Positions 50,418 through 62,889 of a stretch of 64,000 nucleotides of DNA are shown here, piece after piece. The position numbers and the translations under genes were made by a program. This DNA comes from Chiloscyllium plagiosum (lineage: Eukaryota). Below the pieces are notes generated by a model that worked only from the letters and a program-made list of their open reading frames with translations, was not told where the DNA came from and searched no databases. Where the stretch lies: positions 83,160,669-83,224,668 of the forward strand of contig NC_057718.1 of the NCBI RefSeq assembly GCF_004010195.1, read 5' to 3'. Position 1 is the stretch's first letter, and every line of letters starts with the position of its first letter.

Positions 50418-50981
50418 AGTTGAATTCAAGAGTCGTGAAGTGAAGTTGCAGCTGTACAGGACCTTGGTTAGGCCACATTTGGAGTACTGTGTGCAGTTCT
50501 GGTCATCTCACTTTAGGAAAGATGTGGAAGCTTTGGAGAGGGTGCAGAGAAGATTTACCAGGATGTTGCCTGGAATGGGGAATAGGTCGTACGAGGATAG
50601 GTTGAGAGTGCTAGGCCTTTTCTCATTGGTACGGCGAAGGATGAGGGGTGACTTGATAGAGGTTTATAAGATGATCAGAGGAATAGATAGAGTAGACAGT
50701 CAGAGACTTTTTCCCCGGGTACAACAGAGTGTTACAAGGGGACATAAATTTAAGGTGAAGGGTGGAAGGTATGGGGGGATGTCAGGGGTAGATTCTTTAT
50801 CCAGAGAGTGGTGGGGTCATGGAATGCGCTTCCTGTGGGAGTGGCAGAGTCAGAATCATTGGTGACCTTTAAGCGGCAATTGGATAGATTCATGGATGGG
50901 TGCTTAAGCTAGGACAAATGTTCGGCACAACATCGTGGGCCGTAGGGCCTGTTCTGTGCTGTATTGTTCTACGTTCTATGC
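50418..50981 (+). mobile_element. CR1-type LINE 3' fragment (young subfamily)
   Basis: LYRTLVRPHLEYCVQFWS..LERVQRRFTRM; (GTTCTA) tail. Confidence 0.93.
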
Positions 50982-50997
50982 TTTTTGTATCCTCTCA

Positions 50998-51250
50998 TTA
51001 GATTAGATTACATTACAGTGTGGAAACAGGCACTTCGGCCCAACAAGTCCATACCGACCCGCCGAAGTGCAACCCACCCATACCCCTACATTTACTCCTT
51101 ACCTAACACTACGGGCAATTTAGCATGGCCAATTCACCTGACCTGCACATCTTTGGACTGTGGGAGGAAACCGGAGCACCCGGAGGAAACCCACGCAGAC
51201 ATGGGGAGAACGGGCAAACTCCACACAACCACTGTGCCACCGTGCCGCCC
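50998..51250 (-). mobile_element. HE1-type V-SINE with an internal deletion removing the B box
   Basis: CTCCACACA joined directly to ACCACTGTGCC. Confidence 0.88.
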
Positions 51251-51435
51251 ACTATTCTTGATCCATATGCTGTCGAGAGCCCTCAAGATTTTTATTATCT
51301 CTATCAAGTCTCCTCTCAGCATTCTATTCTCCATGGAAAACAGCCCTTACATCGCCAAACTACCTTCATAAATGAAGTTCCTCATTCCTGGAATAATCTT
51401 TCTACCTTCCTGAAATACCCTTCATAGAAAATCGT

Positions 51436-51680
51436 AGAATTCCCTACAATGTGGAAATTGGCCATTTGGCCCAACAAGTCCACACCGACCCTCCGAAGAG
51501 TAACCCATCCAGATCCTTACCCTATTACTCTACATGCACCTCATCTACACATCGCTGTACACGACGGGCAATTTAGCATGGCCAATTCATCTATCCTGTA
51601 CATCTTTGGACCTGGGAGGAAACCGGAGCACCTGGAGAAAATCCATGCAGACACGGGGAGAATGTGCAAACTCCACACAA
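51436..51680 (-). mobile_element. HE1-related SINE, 5'-truncated
   Basis: V core and tail present, tRNA head absent. Confidence 0.8.
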
Positions 51681-51961
51681 ACCCTTGTTGCGTGTCTAGT
51701 AGTAAACCCTGTCATTTTGAAGAGCATCTGGAAAACTAATCTCAGCATCTTGTTGAATAGCTGTGAAACTGAATCATGGTTAACAACTTTCATTTTCGGT
51801 ATCTGCACAACATTGTAAGTGCCTCAAATTAAGATAATCCGGTGAAACTTGAACAAGTTGCGCGATTTCCGCATTTGCCAACGTCTACAAATTTCAAAAT
51901 GACGCCTTAACGTCATCTTTCACGTGATCAACGACATCGGCATTTACTAGCTCAAATATAG

Positions 51962-51975
51962 TCTTTCTTTAATAC
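51962..51975 (-). terminator. snRNA 3' box (Integrator processing signal) of U5
   Basis: GTATTAAAGAAAGA about 7 nt after the U5 3' end resembles GTTTN1-4AANARNAGA. Confidence 0.65.
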
Positions 51976-51982
51976 AATGAAC

Positions 51983-52096
51983 AGCCCTACAAAAGCAGGG
52001 CCACAAAAAATTATTTAAAACTCTGAGTGTTCCTCTCCACGGAAATCTTTAGTAAAAGGCGAAAGATTTATACGATCTGAAGAGAAACCAGAGTAT
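51983..52096 (-). ncRNA. RNU5: U5 spliceosomal snRNA gene
   Basis: Minus strand reads ATACTCTGGTTTCTCTTCAGATCGTATAAATCTTTCGCCTTTTACTAAAGATTTCCGTGGAGAGGAAC...; invariant loop 1 GCCTTTTAC (52052-52060), Sm site AATTTTTTG (52004-52012), 3' hairpin GGCCCTGC-TTTT-GTAGGGCT. Confidence 0.97.
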
Positions 52097-52143
52097 ACTA
52101 AAGAACTACGCCAGTTTCCTAGTACCCAAGTGGTAGCATCCCT

Positions 52144-52160
52144 CTTTAACGTTATGTTGA
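52144..52160 (-). promoter_or_regulatory. snRNA proximal sequence element (PSE) of U5
   Basis: TCAACATAACGTTAAAG at -64 to -48 resembles the vertebrate PSE consensus TCACCNTNASTNAAAAG at the canonical distance. Confidence 0.8.
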
Positions 52161-52314
52161 CCTGCAACAACCATTATCCGGGGAAAATATTTTATGATAG
52201 TCTAACACTGTATGAAGAAAACTAACCGAAATATTAAATAATGTGCGATAGCCACTATCAAATATGAAGATGTATTTCTTTTCTTTGTAAAGTGTTATGT
52301 TGAACATTATGCGT

Positions 52315-52322
52315 ATGTAAAT
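52315..52322 (+). promoter_or_regulatory. Octamer-like motif of the U5 distal sequence element
   Basis: ATGTAAAT (one mismatch to ATGCAAAT) at about -220 from the U5 start. Confidence 0.55.
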
Positions 52323-53397
52323 GAGCTGGATTTTTGTGTGGGCTGGTATTTAGTGACGTATATAATCCTGATTTGATCGGCGTCAACGTTGCTTATTTAT
52401 TCTCTTTATATGTTTGAGCGTTTGGATTGAAATTTCGAATTAGTGGAGTAAGGTAATATTACACTGCTTAATATGGGAATTACATGAACATGCGGAGCTC
52501 GGAGGAAGAGAAAATGCAGAAATTTCAACTCGGTTGCCACCGAGTTCAAAAATGTTGACATATTTATCTTTACATTTGACCATAGAAATGATGCGCGATT
52601 AGTGATTATCATTTTAACTGTTGATCTTTATCACGAATCTTGATTATCCACCGTAATTGGCGCCAAAATAAATTACCAAACGATTGCGGAAGTTTGCATA
52701 AAAAGTACAGGGCATTTATGGCGATTTATGCCCCTGTCCCAACTACATCAGTGCCATAAAACTGGCAAGAGCTCCTGAGTTAATGTTATGGAGGAGTTTC
52801 TGTGGTTGTAGAGAAATTGCTTAAACGCACTTTTAAATTTACAACCAGATTTTCACATGCAGGAGGCCGTCATTTCCAAGTGTTTTATTTTTGGAGCAGT
52901 TTTTAAAAACAACAATCTCTGCGATCTGTGTACATACTGTTTATAAAGCAGCATCGTATCGCATTAAAAAAAAAGAAACTTCTCAGATTGTGAAAATTTT
53001 AAATAACATACGTGCCTTGCGTAATTTTAAGTAACGTGCCTAACGTACGTAGACACTGGTTAAGACTTTAAGGAATATAGTCAGAGGCCAAAGTTTCTTC
53101 GGGCTCTGGTAGTTGACGCTTCCATTTACTGAACTGAGTAGGAAATACCAAATGCATTAAGGAGGCACAGCGCTATCAAAAATATTTAACATTTTACTAA
53201 AGCAGAAGGTATTAACAACATTCCATATTTGCATCAGGCTAGCTTTAAATTTGAAATTAATGTCATTTTGTTTTAATAGTAAAGTGGCTTGGAACATTTT
53301 GTAAGGTTAGAAGTAGCCTACAACTGTAAGTGGTTGTTTTCATAAATGTTGGTGATCTAATGGGGGTCTTTACTGTTATGAAGGTTTTTGCTATGGC

Positions 53398-53576
53398 GTG
53401 GAGGTTGGTACAATTGCAACATTTAAAAGGCATTTGGGTGGGTATATGAATAGGAAGGGTTTGGAGGGATATGGGCCAGGTGCTGTCAGGTGGGACTAGA
53501 TTGGGTTGGGATATCTGGTCAGCATGGACAAGTTGGACCGAAGGGTCTGTTTCCATGCTGTACATCTCTATGACTC
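53398..53576 (+). mobile_element. CR1/HER1-like 3' tail
   Basis: TFKRHL..YMN remnant and CTCTATGACTCT end. Confidence 0.9.
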
Positions 53577-53619
53577 TTAAATAGAAAATTTCTCCTCATA
53601 TTGATGACCAAACCAAGTA

Positions 53620-55290
53620 TACAATTGCATCAAGCTGTGCATAGACCCTCAGTATGAAAATCCCAAGTGCCCAGTATTATCACCACTGTTAGGAAGGATG
53701 GGTTAAGGCACATTGCTGTGGAACACTCCAATTAGTTGGACTGCACTGTCCCTTGTGGAAACATTTATGCAGAAAAACACTGACCACAAATACAGGAGAC
53801 AGTAGTCTACATATAATATCCTCAAGGCCTTGTTAGAAAGATAGGTCCTGTTGGTTGGTTCAAACTATTTGGCAGAATGCCTCATCACCAAGACTTACAA
53901 ATAAACACTAGTATGTAGCCTGGTGCTATGAATGGCTTTTTCCATCAGATACCTGAAAGTCTGGAGAGAGATGCAGTGGTTTTTGTCAAGGTTCATCCTG
54001 AGCAACTGTGACACAGGTTTCTGTTCTATAGGATGTTCCCAATGTTACACACCAAGACACAACAACTGTACCTGGAAGACCATTGTAAACACTGACATTT
54101 TATTTTTGAGCCTTTAGAAACTGTTGACTGCAATGAAAAATGTATGTTTTAAAATCAGGGATGACTGCATAATTTGAAATTTAACTTGAACTCAATTTTT
54201 GTAGCTGTGGAGTGTGCTGGTGATTAGGGGTTGAGGAGATGTTTAAAAGTGAAGCTGTTTGGTTCTCAGCTAACTGAGCAGGTTGAAACTGAAACAAGTT
54301 GCAAAGACAGACACAGGGAGAGAGAGAAGACACAAGTGTGTGTAATTGTTTTCCTCAACAGAAGGTGCATGTTCTTTGCAGTAAAAACTCAGTTTAAACC
54401 TGAAAAAGAACAATTAGCTTTCATGCATCAGTGTCTGTGAGCTTTGACATTTGGGTTGATAAACCAGAGAGATTTTTCAAGTGAATTGGTCATTCTGTGC
54501 TTTGTACAAACCAGTGAAAGCTTCTAGAGAAAGATAACTGAACAACATGGGTATGGATGGCTGAAACATTGGAACTGGATAGCAAAGGCCACTGAAGTTA
54601 AGTTTTTTCCTACCTCAGCCAATAATTTACCTATTTGTTTGTTTGTGGGTCTATGTAAAGGGGAGCTCAAAGGGATGACAGCTTTTGTTAGTAGTGTTAT
54701 ATGCCAATGATTGATATCTGTTTACCTGTAGCTCCAGTCTAACTACTTGTAATAAATAATAATTCTTGATTTGTACAGAAACTTAGCCCGTGTTTTCTAT
54801 CAACCATGGTTTGAAAGACAGGTAGATTGGGGTACTGTGCAATAACTTATTAAAAACTTCCTAACGTTTGCTTTGACTACAGAAATAGTGGGTCTCAATT
54901 TATGGCACACTACCCCAGTGGGTCATAACATCAGCTCAGTGAAGGGTACTCTTTGGTCTCCCCAAATACTCATCAGCTTTTAGTGTAAGGTGCTGTCCTC
55001 AGCTGAGTGTTGTGGACTGATACATTCTAAGGTTCAGGACTACATGCTGAAGGATTCACTAAAACATGAGGCAGCTATCAGAGGGTCGGTGTGGACTTGT
55101 TGGGCCGAATGACCTGTTTCCACACTGTAAGTAATCTAATCTAATCTAATCTATGTCAAACGCACTGTGGAGAAAAGCCTCTGTCTAAGGCCGTTCGTCT
55201 ATAGCGCCCTCTAGGGCTGGAAATTGTAATGCTCTTTGGGATGTATGCCCCAAAGTATGTTTGTTGCAAATCAAGAGAATCAAAAATGTA
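53620..55290 (+). mobile_element. Old Tx1 3' fragment split by an LTR-like element (54084-54930) and a SINE tail (55083-55152)
   Basis: ...GGAAGACCAT and TCAGCTCAGTGAAGG... join to the Tx1 sequence seen inverted at 56450-56495; insert has TG...CA ends. Confidence 0.7.
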
Positions 55291-55392
55291 ATGAGAAATT
55301 TCAGAGTGAGTCTCGTTGAATATAAAACCTTACATTGATTGCATCATTTGTAATTTGAAATGTCTTACCTTTGGGCAGCATCCCTGACTGAT

Positions 55393-56050
55393 GTGTCATA
55401 GAGATGTACAGCATGGAAACAGACCCTTCAGTCCAACCCGTCCATGCCGACCAGATATCCCAACCCAATCTAGTCCCACCTGCCAGCACCCGGCCCACAT
55501 CCCTCCAAACCCTTCCTATTCATATACCCATCCAAATGCCTCTTAAATGTTGCAATTGTACCAGCCTCCACCACATCCTCTGGCAGCTCATTCCATACAC
55601 GTACCACCCTCTACGTGAAAAAGTTGCCTCTTAGGTCTCTTTTATATCTTTCCCCTCTGGACTCCCCGACCCCATGGAAAGGACTTTGCCTATTTATCCT
55701 ATCCATGCCCCTCATAATTTTGTAAACCTCTATAAGGTCTATTCCAAGTGGCCTAACCAATGTCCTGTACAGCCACAACATGACCTCCCGACTCCTGTAC
55801 TCAATATTCTGACCAATAAAGGAAAGCATACCAAACGCCTTCTTCACTATCCTATCTACCTGCAACTCCACTTTCAAGGAGCTATGAACCTGCACTCCAA
55901 GGTCTTTTGTTCAGCAACACTACCTAGGACCTTAACATTAAGTGTATAAGTCCTGCTAAGATTTGCTTTCCCAAAATGCAGTACCTCGCATTTATCTGAA
56001 TTAAACTCCATTTGCCACTTCTCAGCCCATTGGCCCATCTGGTCCAGATC
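55393..56050 (-). mobile_element. CR1/HER1-like LINE 3' fragment with deletions
   Basis: LYRTLVRPL joined to DLIEVYKIM; standard 3' tail. Confidence 0.92.
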
Positions 56051-56075
56051 CGTGTTTGCTAAATATCGCAGAACT

Positions 56076-58908
56076 TTTTTTTAATTTCAAAAATATACTT
56101 TATTCATAAAATAATTTCATGGTCTGTACAGTTGGTCATGCCATACATATGTAAACATTTACATACAGAGATCAGAATTTATCATTTTTATATACAGGTC
56201 TGTATGTTTTTCAATCATGTGCCCATATATTTAGCTGAGGCGTCAGCAGAGCCCAAATGACTGCGTGGGCCCCCTGTGCTTAGGCAGGCAGATGTTACAC
56301 GGTGGTCTTTCCCCACCGCGCCTTGGCGGCAGCTGCCCCAAGCTTCAGCGCGTCCCTCAACACGTAGTCCTGGACCTTGGAATGTGCCAGTCTGCAACAC
56401 TCAGTCGGGGTCAACTCCTTCAGCTGGAAGATCAACAGGTTTCGGACCACCCAGAGAGCGTCCTTCACCGAGTTGATGATCCCCCAGGCACAGTTGATGT
56501 TCGTCTCGGTGTGCGTCCCGGGGAACAGGCCGTAGAGCACGGAGTCCCGAGTCACGGCGCTGCTTGGGACGAACCTCGACAAATACCACTGCATTCCTCT
56601 CCAGACTTCTTCTGCGTAGGCACATTCCAGAAGGAGGTGTGTGACAGTCTCGTCCCTCCTGGAGCTGCTTCGAGGGCAGCGTGCAGTGCGGCTGAGAGTC
56701 CGGGCATGCATAAAGGATCTCACAGGCAGAGCCCTTCTCACCACCATGTCTTGGTGCTTGTTGGAAAGTTCTGGCGATGAGGCATTCTGCCAAATGGCTT
56801 TGACAGTCTGCTCAGGGAACCACTCGATAGCATCCGCCCTCTCCTTTTCCCGAAGGGACTCAAGGACACTACGTGCTGACCACTTCCTGATGGACTTGTG
56901 GTCAAAGGTGTTTTCCTTCATAAACTTCTCCACGAAGGACAGGTGCATGTCCAACTGTACAGACCATTAAAGTATTTTATGAATAAAGTATATTTTTGAA
57001 ATTAAAAGAAGTGTACTGCCTGCAAGATTTCCCTGCAGCAGGCTATTTCGACGTGACCTTCAGGAGCGTGAAGAATTGCGAGCAGCTCCTGAAGGTCTTC
57101 AAGGAGAAGGAAGGGTCGATGCCAGTGGGAATATCCTCCACCCAACCTCCAGCTTTGCCATTGGAGCAAGCAGAGGTTACCTGACATACGCAGGGCAGCT
57201 GAAAGTGTGCCGAACCTGCGTGAGGTCTGGCCACATGCCGACGGATTGTAAGGTGACCGTCTGCCGAAACTGCAAGCAGGAAGGCCACCCGACCAAGGAA
57301 TGTAAGGAGGCCAAGAACTGTAATCTATGCAGAAAGGTGGGCCACATGTACAAGGCCTGCCCAAGTCGAGGGGCCGCCACCTACGCACAGATGGCCGGAG
57401 GTGGCAACACGAGCCGTGGACCACCTAAGACCAGCAAGGTACCACAAAACAGCACAGGAATGGTGTCTGGAGGCACCCAGAAGGAAGGGCAGGCTATAGT
57501 GGAGCAGACGGCAGACAGCGGGGAGATGCAGCAGTCAATCCAAGCTCCTTCAAGACAGACGGAGGAAATGGAAGAGGAGGGATAAAAGGAGGCAGAGGAT
57601 TGGATTACTGTGAAAAGCAGGAAGAGGAAACCTCACAAGGCCCCCAACGCCACCCAGTGAAGGGGGAAGCGACACCTACACGACAAGGATACAGGCAGCT
57701 CTTCCGATGGTGAGGATGGGTGCAAGGAGGGTCGTCACCAGAGAAAGAGACAGAGCGCCGCGGGGAAAATGGAGGGCAGCACCGCCCAAACAGGAAAAGG
57801 CGATTCCTCTAAGGGGATGGGTAAAGGCCTCCCCCCACCCAGTGAGAACCTAGAGGTACCCACCGGCCCACAGCTCCAGGTAACTGGAAGCAGCGGTCCT
57901 GTGACAGCCCCGCTGTCACATGGAGAACTGGACTGTGTGGACCCTGGACCCGACCCGAAGACACCAGAGCAGGTAAATGGCCTCAGCGTGGAGCAGGACA
58001 GCTACCTCAGCCCTGGGAGGGTCCAGCAGTTTGCAGTCACTACAGGGATACGCAGCTACCCCAGAGGGGCAAGACCAGCAGCAAATGGACACTGTCACTC
58101 GTAAACTGTTAAAATGGGGTTAAAAATTGCCAGCATCAATGTGCGTAGCATCAAATCGGCTACGCGATGTGTTTCTACGATGGCCTTCCTGGCCAACGTT
58201 AAAGCCGACGTCCTGTTTCTGCAGGAGTGTGGGACACCGCACCTCAGCAGCTACAGGAGATGGTCGAGCTTATGGGCCCATGGGCCGTCAGTTTGGTCGG
58301 GGGGCAACGATAGCCGCGCCTCCGGCCTGGGTATCCGTTCTGTGGGACTTGATTGGCCAGGACCTGCTGGAGGTGTATTTCAGTATGCTTTGGGCAGGTA
58401 CCATGAGTGAATCCATGAGGAAAGGCATCATCACCCTCATCTACAAGCGGAAGGGGGAGAGGGAGGAACTCAAAAATTGGAGACCAATCTCACTGTTGAA
58501 TGCAGATTACAAAATTCTGTCAAAGATAATCGCCAACCGCAGGGATACGATCGCCTACGTGTAGGACAGAGGGTTGGACACCTGCCTGATCAGCCTGGAC
58601 CAGGAGAAAGCCTTTGACAGGATATCACACATGTATATGAGAGATGTTCTCTCCAAAATGGGTTTTGGGGAGGGAATCTGCAATTGGATCAGACTGCTCT
58701 ACACCAACATTGTCAGTGCAGTCTCAATCAATGGGTGGGAATCAGATAGCTTCCCAGTCAGATCTGGAGTTAGGCAGGGCTGCCCTCTCTCTCCTGCCTT
58801 GTTTGTGTGCTGCATAGAGCCATTTGCCAAGTCCATCAGGAAGGATGCGAGCCTGAGGGGGGTGACTATTCCTGGCACCGGCGCCTGCAGGTTAAGGCCT
58901 CCCTGATG
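56076..58908. mobile_element. Composite Tx1-type LINE insertion with inversion and multiple deletions
   Basis: 20-bp TSD TTGCTAAATATCGCAGAACT (56056-56075, 58909-58928); minus-strand 3' end 56076-56945; plus-strand ORF1 with three CCHC knuckles (about 57207-57360), then EN start MGLKIASINV and RT pieces (SLDQEKAFD, GVRQGCPLSP). Confidence 0.92.
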
Positions 58909-58928
58909 TTGCTAAATATCGCAGAACT

Positions 58929-59258
58929 CCTACAGTATGGAAGCAGGCCATTGGGCTCATCAAGTCCACACTGATCCTCTGAAGGGCTTCCCACCTGGAC
59001 CCACCCCAACTTTATCCCTGTAACCCTTCATTTCCCATGGCTAATCTACCTAGCCTGCATATCCCTGAACACTATGGGCAATTTACCAAGGCCAATCCAC
59101 CTAACCTGCACATCTCTGATCTGTGGGAGGAAACCCACGCAGACACAGGGAAAATGTGCAAACTCTACATAGACAGTTGCCCATTGGCTGGAATTGAACC
59201 CACATCCCTGGCACTGTGAGGCAGCAGTGCTAACCACAGTGCTAACATCATGCCACCT
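58929..59258 (-). mobile_element. HE1-related SINE
   Basis: A/B boxes, V core, CR1-like tail. Confidence 0.85.
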
Positions 59259-59463
59259 CATTGAAGACTGTTACCTTGCAAGTCTTGTCATGTTCAAGTA
59301 AAATTTTTTTGTAATGTTTGTGTTTATAAATTTTATGAATAAAGTATTTTATTGAAATTAAACAGAAAGGAGCGAGCTGTTTCGTGAGGCCAGAGTTCTC
59401 ACCGATTGCATAACCAGAGAGGTAGAGAAGGTTTTAAACTAATTTATAAGAGCAAGGAATTAA

Positions 59464-59992
59464 ATAGAGTCATAGATCTGTACATCGTGGAAACAGACCT
59501 TTCGGTCCAACTTGTCCATGCTGACCAGATATCCAGTCCTATTTGCCAGCATTTGGCCCATATCCCTCTAAACCCTTCCTATTCATATACCCATCCAGCT
59601 GCCTTTTAAATGTTCTAACTGTAACAGCTTCTACCACTTTCCCTGGTAGCTCAGTCCATACATACATCACCCTCTGTGTTAAAACATTGCCTCTTAGGTC
59701 CTTTTTAAATCCTTCCTGTCTCACCTTATATCTATGCCCACTAGTTTTGAACTTGTCCTCCCTGGAAAAAAGACCTTGTCTATTCACATACCCTTCCATC
59801 ATCCTTACTTTAGCAGGGAGACCAGAACTGAACGCAGTATTCCAAAAGTGGCCTCACCAATGTCCTGTACAGCTGCAATATGACCTCTCAACTCCTACAT
59901 TCAATGCACTGGCTAGTAAAGGCAAGCATACCAAACACTTTCTTCATCATCCTGTGAACCTGGCATTCCACTTTCAAGAAACTATGAACCTG
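59464..59992 (-). mobile_element. CR1/HER1-like 3' fragment
   Basis: RGNVLTQRV..W.ELP, TFKRQLD; GAGTCATAGA tail. Confidence 0.88.
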
Positions 59993-60120
59993 AGCTCTGA
60001 TGAAGAGTCAGCTAGACTCAAATCCTTAGTTTGCTTTCTCTCCATGGACGCTGCCTGATCCACTGTGATCTCCAGCATTTTGTTTTCAGTTGAGATTCCA
60101 GCATCTGCAGTAATTTACTC
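59993..60120 (+). mobile_element. PLE terminal-repeat fragment with a mutated hammerhead
   Basis: CTGATGA-AGAGTC-AGCTA-GACTC-AAAT (G of GAAA lost) then CCAGCATCTGCAGT end. Confidence 0.7.
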
Positions 60121-61599
60121 CCCCTCCTCTCTTGACCCCTTTCTATCCTTCTGTGAGATATTGTTTTATGAGATGTTGTGTTAGAGGCTATCTTTATTAA
60201 TTCATTCACCAGCTTGCTATATTCATTAATACCGAGTTCCCGTTCATTCATTCATAACCCTTTACTAACCCGTTATTTACTATAACACAGTTTCATCCAT
60301 TCATTCATAAAACCACGGTTCTGTAGTATCCAAATTTTAAAAACAATCCTTTCAAACCCATTACTGCATTTCCACACCTTATCAGCATACAGAACAATAC
60401 CATCCCCATCAAATCACCATGAAACATTATAATATTAATCAGTCCTTACCAACCATCTCCTGGATCTGAATAGATTAAATACCTGTTAAATACCTTTTAA
60501 CCAGGTCAGTATCCCTTTAAGCACTTGCATGAAATTGCATGAAAGAATGAAATTCATACCAGCAAAGAGTAAATAAATCTCACCACACAACTACAGTAAT
60601 CAGTTTAATAGCCTTTATTCTTTTATTACAATTTCTAACTTATTTAGAACATATAGGCCTAGTATTTTTACTAATATTTATTAATTTTAAAAGACAAAAG
60701 GGCTAATTATGCAAGCAGACCAGACAAAATCCCATCAGAAGTAGCAGCCAGCATTTAGCATGTTCTAACCCATCTTCTATGGCAGGGAATTGCCCATGGC
60801 AGGAAACTGCCCACGATGCATGAATTAGGGTGTTCATGAATGACCATGGGAAACCACCTACAACATCCAGAGGCAGGCTCGCCCCTCCTCACATTACTGA
60901 GGAAGAAATGCTGCAGCAGTTGCAGAACTACCTCTCGTTAGAGAAGACCCTAACCAAAATCAGGCAGAATTCTAATAACACCCAAGGACAGTGGACCATA
61001 TAGATGACATGAGACGGGTCTGGGAAAACCACCTGACAGAAAAATAAAGATAGAATTAAATGATCCCTTGGATTAATGGGACAAATTTACCAGAGAAATG
61101 AAGTCATGTCCTGATCAGCCCATGATCGTGAAGTAACCCAACTTAAAAAGCAATTAAAAGCATTGCATGAACAGCTGCAGAGAGAAAGATCCTAAAAGGA
61201 AACAGCTTACCTTAAAAATCAGGAGCTAAAAAAGAGAACAAGAAATTGAAGTATGAGATGACAGTCCTGTCAGTTTCATTCCCGATTCCCAAGCCCACAC
61301 AGAATTTGTATCCAACCTGTCGAGACCTGTCCAGGAAGTGATTTGGGAAATCAAAGCCATTACCCTTGGGAAACAGAGGGACTCTAGCAGTGAAAGCGAT
61401 GAGGACTATACATTCCCGATACCATTTTTTATGACCCCTTAAGACCAGGAAAGTAAAGAATGAAAAATAGTAAGGCAGATATTAGAGGATGGCACTGGTT
61501 CCAATGGAAACACCAACATAACATTATGGAGTAACATATTATCATAGAAAGAAGATTGATTGGCAAGCAATAGATAGAGAATATGCATAAATAAGTCTT

Positions 61600-62560
61600 T
61601 GCCTATTAGGTAGGATGCGATGAGCTGTGTCCCGCAGGGATGTGTGCTGGAACTACAACATGTACAATTTACACTATTGGCTTATATGAGGGGGTAAAAA
61701 CATGGTAACTAAATTCACAGATGACACATAAATAGATGGTTGCAGACGTATCTAGAAAGATTGAGTGAGTGGGCAAAATTCTGGCAAATGAAGTGAAAAT
61801 CTAAGTTATTCACTTTGACAGGAAGAATGAAAAATGCAGTGTATTACTTACATGGAGAATGGCTGAGGAACTATGAGGTACAGTGGGATTAGGTATTCTA
61901 GTTCATGAATCACAACAAGTTCATATGCAGGTATATATAAGACAGCTAATGGTACACTATCCTTTATAAGAAAGGAACTGAACTTAAAAGTAAGGATGTT
62001 ATGCTTCAATTATAGAGGGCATTGGTGAAGCCACATCTTAAATACTGTGTGCAGTTTTGTCCTCTCTATTTGATGTCAATGTATTGGAGTCATTCAGAGG
62101 AGGTTCAGTAGATTGATAACTGGAAGGAGTGGGTTGTCTGATGAGGATACAGGCTTTGCTTGTTTCCACTGGAGTTCAGAAGAGTGAAGGTGATTAGATT
62201 TAAGTGTATTAGATCCTGAATGGTCTTGATAATGTGAATGTGGAAAGGATGTTTACTGTTTTAGGACAATCTATATGTAGGGTGCATATCTTTAAAATTA
62301 GAGATTGGGTAGAGATGAAGAGAACCTTTTTTCTCTCAGAGGGTTGTGCAGCTTTGGAACTCTGCCTCAGAAGGCAGTGAAACAGGGTCATATATTTTTA
62401 AGGCAGAGGTAAATAAACTTTTGTTAGGCAAGGGAATCATAGGTTATTGGAGGTAGATAGGAATGTAGATTTCGAAACACAAACATATCAGCCAAGATCT
62501 TATTGAATGGCGGAGCAGGCTTGAGACTGATTGGTCAACTTCTGCTCAGATTTCATGTAT
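61600..62560 (+). mobile_element. Old CR1-type LINE 3' fragment
   Basis: VPQG..LE, KFTDDT, LVKPHLKYCVQF remnants and 3' UTR. Confidence 0.8.
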
Positions 62561-62889
62561 TCATATTTACATCTAAATACTAAAACTTCTGGTAGTATTA
62601 ATCAGTCTGAACATTAATAGCAAATACTACAGTATAAAGTTTGAAAAAAATACTGGTGACCAGTGGGGAGGCAAATGTGTATTGCTTTGCAAAAATTGAA
62701 GCAATTGAAAATGTAATGTATGCTCTTAATTGCCTTCTAATTTTTTTTTCATGGAGGAGGAGAAGGAAAACAGAAAGGCAGAACACAAGGAAATGGAATA
62801 GAGAAATGGGTGAGTAAGACAGCAACAAACCACCCGTCAGGATGATAAATAATGTGAAGGGGGCCATGAGGGTGGTAAAGTCAGGCAAA

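Noticed and set aside
51983..52096. U5 as a processed pseudogene
   Set aside because: It is full length, with PSE and 3' box at the expected distances, and has no A-tail or TSD.
56056..56075. Tx1 target as an snRNA or tRNA site (Keno/Dewa-style specificity)
   Set aside because: The TSD and flanks did not match any structural RNA I recognise; the site lies between a CR1 and a SINE tail.
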